Of a stretch of DNA of 64,000 nt, positions 52,007 through 64,000 are shown piece by piece. Under the pieces are notes generated by a model that saw nothing but the letters and a program-made list of their open reading frames with translations, did no database searches and had not been told where the DNA came from. The translations under genes and the position numbers were made by a program. How positions within the stretch are numbered: the stretch's first letter is position 1; each line of letters starts with the position of its first letter. The DNA is from Mesotaenium endlicherianum (taxonomy: Eukaryota), in the NCBI GenBank assembly GCA_009602735.1, contig WELA01001736.1:228534-292533 (forward strand). The letters run 5' to 3'.

Positions 52007-55000
52007 ATGGAAAACTTAGTAGAGGCATCGCCTATCCTTCTTGACATAGTGGTGGCAACCTCCACAGGAAATCTTAGCTTTCTCGAGAATTGGCGCCCTT
52101 TCTTCCAGCCCTTCCACATCATTATCGTACAAGCAGGCGAGGTGGCAAGGCCCCTCAAGATCCCCCATGGCTTCGACTGTAGAGTTATCACGCGAGAAGA
52201 CATCAAGAAGATTCTTGGGTTAAAGGCTTCGTATATCCCGGTCAGAGAAAGGTGCGCTTTTGTTATTGCACACCATCAATCTCTCTATAGCAACCATACA
52301 TATGCAATCAAGTATCTGCGCACTTTGAGAGGCATCATGTCATTGGTGCATCAAGTCCAATCAGATTGTATCTCTTTCTTAATGATTGGATGTGTTCTCA
52401 TCATTTCGTATATTCTCATCACACCCCATGCTCACACAGAGTGTATAAAACTGGTTCTGTCGCACAAGCTACCACCCTCCACGTAAATGGTAATTAAGCG
52501 CCGTGGAAAATGACGTCTATACCCACGATTGTTTCCCAATTGCTTAAAGACTGCCAGATATTAACACATGTATATGTATGAACTCAGAAATATATATGGA
52601 ATAACAAAAATGTGTGAGAAGTGCAAAACTCATTATACAAGCTGCAATCGTCTGCTTTACACACGTCACACGTGTAACCAGATAGCGTTTTGTGTCTTCC
52701 GCAGTGCCTGCCGATGCATTGGGTGGCTGCTCTCCAAGAAGAGGTATGTGTTCACACTTGCGGAGAATTGCCTGGTGGCCGAAGACCCTTACAGCCGGGA
52801 GTCTATCGACGCTGTGCAGCAGCACATCACTAATCTGTCGACAGCTGCCACCCCCTTCTTCTTCAACACTCTGTACGACCCCTACCGGGAGTCGACAGAC
52901 TTTGTGAGAGGATATCCCTTCAGGTTTGTACTTCATCATCACCCCTCTAATTCACCCTCTAATCAGATAATCTTCATCGCAAGTAGGCGTCAATGTCCCT
53001 ATCATGAGAGACAGCAGAATACATGAAACATAAGAATCAGAATGCCGTATTGTAAGTAGTGCAGAAAGCGGCCGTGACAAGCAAGCAAGCCACCAAGAAA
53101 CCAACGTGATGCTGGTTCAAGCACAGGGCTGCTGCTTTAAAGGGCTGCTATGAACGTTGAAAATGCACGTGAGAGGAGTCCCGCAGGTTTGTTTTTGCAT
53201 ACAGTAAAACTCTATTCATAAATAATAGGCCAACAGAGTCGCACCTCCAATTCATGTCGGCTGAATATTTGGCCCCAAAACAAGCAAGAATGGGCTTGTC
53301 TTTGGGACGCAAAAATTAGTTTCCCAAATCCTCCACCAAACAGGACAGCTGCTGGCCCTAGCATTCCCTTCCTCACCTGCACCTACGCTCCACCCAACAT
53401 CACCTGCATCAAATATTGGAATTCCAGTAACTAATGACCCAAGTCTGCCCTGCACGTGAATTTCAGACTAATCTTCTGAGTTCATTCCTCAGCACTGAAT
53501 GAAGTAGTTGCAGCCCAACATGGTGCCAATTTTGAGCGATTGAGCGATTGAGCGATCGAGCAATCGAGCAATTGAGCGGTCTCCTATGTCAGGGTTGACG
53601 GCAGCAACTGCAGGCTTGGCTACAAACGCTGTAGATGAGCGAATTGTGGACCAAAATTAAGATGGAAAATGACGCCCCTCGTGAACCTGAGACTTGAGGA
53701 CCTGCCAATGGCTGCCATGCACAATGCAGCTCGAGGAAAGGGCACCAACCGACCGGCCGACACTGACGATACGTGGACTATGTTTGGCAAAATGACAACA
53801 CCGCTTGTTGATATTATATGATATCTCATCGCCTGCCTGCCATGCACAATGTAGCTTGAGGGAGGGCACCCCCACGGCAATCTCGCACGGCCTGTGGCTC
53901 AACGTGCCGGACTACGACGCGCCCACCAGGATGGTGAAGCCGTCGGAACGGAACGCTCATTACGTCGACGCTGTCGTCTCCATCCCAAAGGTACACCTAG
54001 CCGGGGGTCCTTCCAGAGCCCCCCTCCTCTGGGTGGCCCGCTTCTCCAGACTCCGGAAACCCCTAATGCGCCAGCTGTAATCATGGCATGTACGGCATGT
54101 ACGGTGTGCCAGCTGTACAACGTGCCAGCTGTGCGGCATGCCAGCTGCACGACGCGGCAGCTGCTGTTGTGTGCGGATCTGTGCGCAGCATTGGCGGGGC
54201 ACTGGCTCACATGCATGGCTGCTGCCAATGCGTGAGTGGGTGGGCGTATAATGCATATTTGAATTAAATTGTTAGGGTTCTAGACGCGCATGTATCTAGC
54301 TGGGCTAGCGGGAGAAGGAAGTAACATGGTGAGACTTCTGACTTCTTACCGATCAAGCCTAACAGGGCTATGTGGAGAAAGCTATTGGCACCAGTGCATG
54401 CTTGCTTCAAGGGGAAGAAGCTAGAGCTACGGAGAGCCAGCAGCCGACAAGTCCACGATGTGTGGGTGGCAGAAATCTTCCCGTCACCCGTGTAGCAAAT
54501 ATTGGACTACTATGAGGCGACAGCTGACAGCTGGTGCAAACGGGAAGAGGTCACAGCTGGCATGTATCCGAGAAGCTGGCAGCTGGTGCACGTTCGTTGT
54601 AGCTGACAAGTGCGCGAGAGCGTAGAGAAGGACGTACTTGGCAGACTGCACTCGGCACGGTCTAAGAACCGCTTCCCACCTGCTCTGAGTCTTGAGACTC
54701 TCCGACTTGCGAGCGTGCACCTGTGACCTCATGATGCAGGGTGCTCTTATCCCGATATTGAGCCTCAGCCGGTCGACCAACTGGTTCCCACGTACTCTAT
54801 GAGTCCTTCTGACTTATAAGTTGAGCGTGCACCTGTGACCTCTTGCAGGGTGCGCTCTTCCCCATGTCGAGCCTCAACCTTGCGTTTGACAGGGACCTCA
54901 TCGGGCCAGCCATGTACTTTCCGTTCCTGGGGGAGGGCCACCCCATCGGCCTGCATGGCGACATGTGGGCTGGATGGTGCGCCAAGGTACTTCCCTTTGC

Positions 55001-58000
55001 GCCGCTCACAGGCAAGGCAGACGATACGTGCGTGTGCGCACATGCGTGCGTGTGCGTGTGTGTGTGCGTCCGCATGTGTGTGTGTGGATGTGTGTATGCA
55101 TGTGCATGTGCGCGTGTGTACGTGTGCGGGGGNNNNNNNNNNNNNNNNNNNNNNNNNNNNNNNNNNNNNNCGTGCGAATGGGTGACTGTGAGTACTGGTG
55201 TATGGAAGTGGTGGGGGAAGGGGAGATTGGGGGGTGACAAGGTCGTGCGAATGGGTGACTGTGAGTACTGGTGTATGGAAGTGGTGGGGGAAGGGGAGAT
55301 TGGGGGGTGACAAGGTCGTGCGAATGGGTGACTGTGAGTACTGGTGTATGGAAGTGGTGGGGGAAGGGGAGATTGGGGGGTGAGACTCTTAGAGGGTGTG
55401 TATGTGTGCGTGCGTGTGCATGTTCGTGTGTACGAGTTGCGGCTGGGGTGGGAGTGCGGGTTGTGTGGGTGGATGGGTGTGGATGCATTTTTGTATGTGC
55501 GCGTGCGTGCATGTGTGTGAGTGTTGTGTGCACGCACGTACGCGCGCTTGTCTGGTGTTTTTTTTTTTTTGGTGTGTGTTTGTGTGCTTGTGGGCATGCA
55601 CAGTTAATTGTGACTGAGCCTAGGAGCAGGTGGTAGTATATTTCTAGTAATTTAGGTTCAATAATATATAGTTGATATGCCTTGACCTTCACGTGTCAAT
55701 GATCATCTCTTTCTTCGTAGTGGAAGTAAGGGTATAACTTGTAAGTTGCTACTATTGATGTCCTTCATGTACCCTCATCAAACTACTCATGCACACACAA
55801 GCTCCAACTAGCAGTATTTCCACGCTACAACTTTGCTCGAGTGCACCCCCATGGTCACAAAAGCTCACCACAGAGCCTGCACTACTAAATAGTGCCGCCA
55901 CAAACAGGAAACCAATGACACGCTAGAGAATATTTGGGGCGCTGCTTAAGCCTAGGACCTACCTCCATCTGCTTTTCCATAATAGCCTCTCTGCTCGCCT
56001 GAATGGTTTCAGCAGAGGGCAATTTGAATGGGAGCCTGCGGGCACATTCCCTTTCTAGGCCTGAGTGGGTTGTACTCACTAGTTTTACGAACAATTTAAC
56101 GAGTCATCCCATGTACACACGGACAGGACATGCACCTACACACAAGCATAGATTTGTGCGTGCGCGCATACACACACAGAACATTCAAATATGAGCAACC
56201 TGTCCTCAGGGATGCCGGAGGGGGGTCGTTGAGGGTCTCACCATGAAGGGGCATTGAAGGAGGTGCTATTGTTGGGTGGAAATGATTGCATGGTAAGCAT
56301 CTCACAGTCGAGACTTGGACCTCCAACTAAAGCTTCAGAGTCATTTGTCATCGTCATATAAATCTACAACGTACCATGCAGTATGTACATGTGGGCGGGT
56401 TAATTTGGGGGGGTAAATTGTAAAAGGAATATTTTTCTCTTAGCTTTACTATGTGTTTGCACTTGGCAGGTCATATGCGACCATCTCGGGTATGGGGCCA
56501 AGTCGGGGCTGCCCTATGTTTCGCACGAGAACCCCAACAGCGCCTTTGTTAACCTCAAGTATTCTCACTTTGCCTTTCCTCAAGTTGCTGTCTTGCAAGA
56601 TTCATTTAGCACATATCGTCATACGGTTTTTCCTGACAAGGCAGACAGAGAAATGACTTCTTGCACTGGATTTCTAACGCTTGCACATATGAATATTCAT
56701 ACCAACAACGTAGTAGTAGACACTTCAAATAATCACTCGATATCACTCGACAAAGTCAAGCGCCTAAGCTCTGTCTGAATAGACACAGCAAGACAGCAAT
56801 CGAGCTAATCCATCATGCGCTTAAACCCATGCAGAAAAAATGGACGTGTATGTTTAGATCTCTTTGCTGCTTGATTAGCATCACAGGCAATAATCACATA
56901 AAAACTATGTATCAGCCTCATAATACAAGTGTCATTCTTGTCAAGCGTCGAACACAACAACCAGCACGTGCATGCAAGCTGCAATGCCTGTGGTTGTGAG
57001 GGTCCTAACACAACTATCGACTCCTGGATGTCACAGATCATGAGCTACCTCGAGCTGAATCTGACCGTGTTGCCGTTGTGCCACGTGGCACTTCCAGGAA
57101 GGAGTACCCCGGGATCATGTGGCAGGAGCAGATGATTCCATTCCTGCAATCCGTTCGCCTCCCAGACACAGCCACCACGGCAGCTGAGTGCTACCTCGAA
57201 ATTGCCAATCAGGTCTCTCTGCTGACATTCTCCTGCATCAGAAACTTCTTGAGCTTCGTTGGATTATCAACACACAACCTCCGTGATCATGTGGAAAGCA
57301 TACGGGATCTGGCTCGCTCTACCTTTTGATAAGGAGAAACAACTCTCAGCTTGCCTTCTTCATTATTAACAAAAACCTGCCCCTAGAGACCACGCCTGGA
57401 CTATGCAGCTCACGTGTTTAAGATTGTCCCATGCAATTGTTGCCTATGTGCTGTTTCGACCTAACTCATTCTTAGATGAAGCTTATTACACTAGCATGGA
57501 CTTTGCTCAAACTTGTCGCTCACTTGATGAGGTGCTCTGTGTATGTACAATTCTTTATGAAGTAATGCCTGGACTCATATACCCCCCCCCCCNNNNNNNN
57601 NNNNNNNNNNNNNNNNNNNNNNNNNNNNNNNNNNNNNNNNNNNNNNNNNNNNNNNNNNNNNNNNNNNNNNNNNNNNNNNNNNNNNNNNNNNNNNNNNNNN
57701 NNNNNNNNNNNNNNNNNNNNNNNNNNNNNNNNNNNNNNNNNNNNNNNNNNNNNNNNNNNNNNNNNNNNNNNNNNNNNNNNNNNNNNNNNNNNNNNNNNNN
57801 NNNNNNNNNNNNNNNNNNNNNNNNNNNNNNNNNNNNNNNNNNNNNNNNNNNNNNNNNNNNNNNNNNNNNNNNNNNNNNNNNNNNNNNNNNNNNNNNNNNN
57901 NNNNNNNCCCTCTCCCTCTCCCTCTCCCTCCCTCCCTCCCTCCCTCTCTCTCTCTCTCTCTCTCACTCACACACACACACAGACCTCCCAACCCCTACCC

Positions 58001-58443
58001 CCGAGCCTTGGAAATAAGACCTGGCCTGCTTGTCGCAAGTATCACCTCCAATATATTGCTGGATTGAAAAGGAAGGGAGATGCCCGCGAAAGTGAAGTTT
58101 CATAATAATAGGTGAATAGATTTCAATATTTACCACTCTGCTTGATACTTGTTGTGGTTGGGTTCAACACTTATTAACGCACTGAAAGAGCACTGACCAT
58201 TGACAAATAACTCATGAAACTGTAAATGTCACCTTAATGCCCCCATCCTCACACCCTGAGCACTTTGGCAACCACCCCTCAGAAGTACTCGGCCTGACTC
58301 CTCAGTGATATATATCATGACAGGTGCGGGAGAAGCTGGCCAAGGCAGATGCATCTTTTGCCAGGCTGGCAGACCACATGGTAGCCTGGATAGAGCTCTG
58401 GCAGCTGCACAGCCAAGTCTCCTCATCCGCAATGATACTCTGA
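52007..58443 (+). CDS. RGP: Reversibly glycosylated polypeptide / UDP-arabinopyranose mutase (GT75) homolog, 353 aa, 7 exons, with divergent catalytic motifs
   Basis: Exons: 52007-52251, 52705-52923, 53855-53990, 54849-54986, 56470-56558, 57098-57212, 58324-58443, all in phase. Motifs: [80 protein letters not shown]. Confidence 0.92.
55171..55383. repeat. 73-bp tandem minisatellite, about 3 identical copies, in RGP intron 4 next to an assembly gap
   Basis: The unit cgtgcgaatgggtgactgtgagtactggtgtatggaagtggtgggggaaggggagattggggggtgacaaggt starts at 55171, 55244 and 55317. Confidence 0.9.
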
Positions 58444-59913
58444 GCCCTTCTTATCAGTCTGGCCTCTCTCACAGATGACAGCTTACAGGCTCTTACGCAT
58501 GACATTGCAGAGTTCATGTAGCTTCACAGATTGAAAACATGACTATGATGTTATATAAAATCTATCGATATGTCATTGCCCTCTTGCTTTAATAGAATGT
58601 CCTCGTGCACACTCTACTCCTTTGAGACACAATGTATTTATACCACATGTCCACGAAGATGAAGGCGGTTTATGACACGCATGTGTAGTTGATTTGCCCG
58701 ACCCTCAGAGAACGTAAACAATGACAACCCCGTTCCCAGTGCCTAACTAAGGCCCTGCATATAATTGGAATCCAGTAATGGATGACACCAGCGTGCCTAA
58801 GCTGCAGCATGACAAACGAAATCCCCAAGCATATTATGCCTAAGATGCTGATTCTTTGAGTTCCGAAACTGTCTTAGAGAACCTCAGGGCAACCACCACG
58901 CAGCCACCTCCTCATTTGCTTCTCACACATGCCCTCGGGTATTTTCAGCTTTAATATGTGCGGCCTAGTAGGTCTTATGATGTTTACGCAGGGTGGCATC
59001 AAGATCGTATAAATCACCTCAACATTCTGCTAGAAACACTTCGTGTGCAAATTTGATGCGACTGGACGAAAGCTCAAAATGACCGCTGGGAGTCTTGTGT
59101 CTGGACTCTCGACTCTCGACGCCGGACCATGCGCGTGTCCAAAATTGTTTCCAGAACACCGACCAAGAATTGCCTTAGGATGACTTCAGGTGACCGCAGG
59201 CAGGACTATACACAAGCCCACAAGGGCCAGCAAGCACCAGCAAGTGCCAGCAAGTGCCGCACGCCACCGCATGCATTATTGCCTAATGGATAATTAATCT
59301 GCAGTCTATCTCTGTGACTTTGGATTGACCTCGGAAGCAACCGCGACGCGACAAGGAATTAAAAAAACTGCCATGGCTCGTTCTGGTGCGTCCTGGTGCG
59401 TCCTAAAGCTTGCCGGTCTAGAATCCGATACATGGGGGAAGACGACGAGGATACGGACAGTTGCCTCCAGTTAGTTGCAACTGTTTAGTATGAACTTTAA
59501 AGAACGTCCTTACTGAATTCTCGATATATTATTATCACAATATTCTTCAAATCCTGATTTCCATCACTTTTCATGAAAAGCTATCGAACTGTACAGCATA
59601 ATTAATCTCTCTCGCAGATGCTCAGTTGTTTCCTTAAATCTTGTTTTTGAGCGTGTGACTTTTCAGCCTAGTGTAAGCAGTTGGAAACACGTTCAAGCAT
59701 GCGTGAGTGGACTTGCTCCAGCTTCAGGTATTCCTGGCACCTGCCCTGCTGTTTTGCCTACAGTACACTACAGGTGTCAGTTTTGACAGCTCACGTCTGA
59801 TGTAAGTGATGACAGCAGGTAATGAGGAGCAAGTTCACGCGGGCAAACGCGGGCGGTCAGAGCCATATTTGAAGTTCCTCATCGACGGTTTAAGAGCATG
59901 TCACGCGTCTAAA

Positions 59914-59929
59914 TCGAGAAGCTTCTCGA
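59914..59929. promoter_or_regulatory. Heat-shock-element-like palindrome upstream of polyubiquitin
   Basis: The perfect palindrome TCGAGAAGCTTCTCGA contains nGAAnnTTCn and lies about 410 bp upstream of the ATG. A TATA-like cctatatgta is near 60188. Polyubiquitin genes are commonly heat-inducible. Confidence 0.5.
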
Positions 59930-60232
59930 CAACAACGAATTTTGTTTTTCTGAGTGTGAATGAATATATTACCGTGTATATAGGGGCTCAATTAGCCAAT
60001 TTTAGGGCCGACATACCATTCTTGACCTTTTATTTACGTGTGACGTCAAACCTTTTTGGGACTGCTTGAACCTTCCGAGCAGCTCGTGTCAGCGTGGCTC
60101 TCGATTTGTCACGATTGCTCTCGATTGAGCTCGATGGCGCTCGATTGACAAGCTGCTGCGACTTGCCGTGGTCTGCTCGCCTTGACACCTATATGTAGGT
60201 TGGAGTGTCCGAACCGGACCATTTCAGATTGA

Positions 60233-61942
<1,710 letters not shown>

Positions 61943-63124
61943 GTCCTTCGCTATTGGGATGTAGAATTGCCAGGTTGCTTCTTCCAGAGCATTTGTGAAT
62001 AGTGTATAGCTCTAGTGTATATAGAGACAGGTGAATTCTTCTTCCCTCAAGTTGTGACAAATGCCATGGCAAATAAAGGCAAATGGCTACTTTGCTCAAA
62101 TTTGCTTCTGAGTAAGCAGGCTCATTCTCTGTGCATGCTATTCTCCTCCCTGAATTGTGTACTTGGGATTGAAATTGCCATATCTGCCAATGTTTTTACA
62201 TGTCAAAAGTATCATTCTCTGTGAAATTAAATTTGCAGATGTAGCTTCAGACATGGATGTAAAATGTTATAGCCAGTCTGCTGAGATTAGTTGTTTAGTC
62301 TTTGCTCTTTTTCCTCCTTGGCCAATTGCTGCTGCTGATTAGATCGTTTTGCACAGTGCGCTCGACTGGTGGTTCAGGTTGCTGAAACTAGTTCCCAACT
62401 CCAGCTTCTGGAGTGAAAGCTAGCTTTGTATCTGGTCAATACCCATCAGTGGGAGCATTAGTAAGTAAGAGCATGATACAGGAAAGCAGACAAAGATCAG
62501 AATCAGTGAGTACATTAGTCGATGGAATAGCAACAATGCACGAACAACAGGTTTCTGGCAGGTGGTTGCTATTCCACCAAATAATGCTCCTGCTGTTCGA
62601 ACTGTGACATAATCAGTAATTTGCTGTTCATTCCTGCTGCACTGATGTTCTAAGCAAAACGCATGTATCCTCATAGATTGCTTCTACACCAAAATAATCT
62701 ACAGAACTGCGTGCAGTACCATGTAAAGAGCATGGCTGTTGCAATTTCTTTTCTTGCCGTTAGCATGAGTGTAAGCAATGAAAACTTGGCTTGAATATAA
62801 ATCCTTCACAGCTCTCAGCATGCCCTTTCTAAAAATCTTCATCCACGTAAAGTCTTTTGAAGCTTTTTATACCAAGATGATGCACCGGATCATGGATGCA
62901 GAAAGTGAAAGCGAACAATATTCTGTAATGTATGAGGTGTACCCCTTGAATTGAAATATATCATATTACTGTAATTTGTTCCTGCTTCTCAATAGTGCGT
63001 CATGCTGGAGATCTTTGCATCTCTGAGTCACTCAAAATGTACAGCCTTCACTTTTAACCACATGCACATTCTGACTACCGATGAAGAAACTATTTCCGAA
63101 TTAATCCTTCACTCGACAGCAGCC

Positions 63125-64000
63125 TCAGCCCTGCTTTTCCACTCCTGAAAGCTCTATTTCCATGTCAGCCATTAAGCGTGCTGCCATCGACCCCAGCCTC
63201 CGCGAGTCCCACTCAGACAGCGCGCCTCCTTGCACTGGCTCGATAGCAGCAAGAGCACCTCCCTCACCCTTCTGAGCAGCAATGACAGGTGGAGCCCCGT
63301 CGTAGCTTCCTGTGATACTCTCCTTCTCGACTCCACCCACATCCCTGTCTTCCTCGCCCTCGCCCTTGCCCTCGTTCACACCCTTGCATGTGGCCTCACC
63401 ATCGCTGGCATCTGCCGTTTGTAGAGGAGGAGGAGGAGGAGAAGGAGGAAGATCAGGAGAAGCATATTCGTTGCGCTCAGCCTCCTTCGCGCTTCTCGCA
63501 CCATGAGCGGCAGACACTTCTGCCTCTCGGAACGATGATGCCGAGTGGTAGGCATCAGAGGGGTGCCGGTACTCATCCGAACCACAAGCACCACCACCAG
63601 CAGGAGCAGCAGGAGCAGCAGCCAGAGGAGGAGGATACGAGGACACTCCCGAAGTGATTGCGGCACCAACTTCTCCCCCTCCTCCTCCCCCTCCTCCCCT
63701 TGCCCCTCCCCCTCCCACTCCATCTCTCCCCCCTCCTCCCCCAGCTCTTCCTCCTCCCCTGCTCTCCCCTGGAGCTCTGACTTGTCGCACCCCCGGGGAA
63801 GCAGCAGCGGTGGCAGCGACGGCAAGGGCAGCAGCGGCGGCAGCGGCGGAGGTGGAGTCGGCCGGTAAGAAGATCTGATCGTCGATGCTCTTGGGGCTTG
63901 GGAAAAAGTCGCCGAACGCGACGGACGCGATGGCGTCGTCGTCTCCGCTCGCGCTCGCGCTTGCGCTTGCGCTTGCGCTCGCGCTTGCGCTCCCGTCCGA
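63125..64000 (-). CDS. Partial terminal exon of an unknown low-complexity (Gly/Ala/Pro/Glu-rich) protein, running off the window edge
   Basis: The frame is open from 64000 to the TGA at 63125-63127 (...DDDAIASVAFGDFFPSPKSIDDQIFLP...LGSMAARLMADMEIELSGVEKQG*). No recognisable domain. Confidence 0.5.
   Translation of the reverse strand, partial: SDGSASASASASASASASGDDDAIASVAFGDFFPSPKSIDDQIFLPADSTSAAAAAAALAVAATAAASPGVRQVRAPGESRGGGRAGGGGGRDGVGGGGARGGGGGGGGEVGAAITSGVSSYPPPLAAAPAAPAGGGACGSDEYRHPSDAYHSASSFREAEVSAAHGARSAKEAERNEYASPDLPPSPPPPPLQTADASDGEATCKGVNEGKGEGEEDRDVGGVEKESITGSYDGAPPVIAAQKGEGGALAAIEPVQGGALSEWDSRRLGSMAARLMADMEIELSGVEKQG

Noticed and set aside
55171..55383. Regular repeats considered as a CRISPR array
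   Set aside because: The units are identical head-to-tail with no unique spacers, the context is a eukaryotic intron, and no cas genes are present.

Overview
Intron-rich eukaryotic nuclear DNA, most likely from a streptophyte green alga. This is inferred from the land-plant-type ubiquitin, myosin XI, an RGP/UAM gene, a peptidoglycan hydrolase gene, and GC-rich exons with CA/GA-microsatellite-rich introns. The window has several assembly gaps. By reading splice sites by hand I reconstructed phase-consistent gene models for: the 3' part of MCCA (+), a six-exon 2xLysM + M23 peptidase (-), a glutathionyl-hydroquinone reductase/omega-like GST (+), Elongin C (-), a peroxisomal SDR of the DHRS4/IBR1 type (+), an intronless zf-HIT/ZNHIT3 gene (-), PIG-M (+), an RGP/UDP-arabinopyranose mutase homolog (+) and a 7-unit polyubiquitin (+). 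There is also one orphan myosin XI exon at the left edge and a partial low-complexity ORF at the right edge. Highlights: (1) a spliced, bacterial-type peptidoglycan endopeptidase with an intact Zn site, probably acting on the plastid wall; (2) decayed copies ('echoes') of exon-intron junctions inside the adjacent introns of five genes; (3) an RGP homolog whose acidic metal-binding motifs are all replaced, a candidate pseudoenzyme; (4) telomere-like repeats translated in frame inside the GST; (5) a myosin exon directly upstream of mid-gene MCCA exons. All models are manual and need RNA-seq confirmation.
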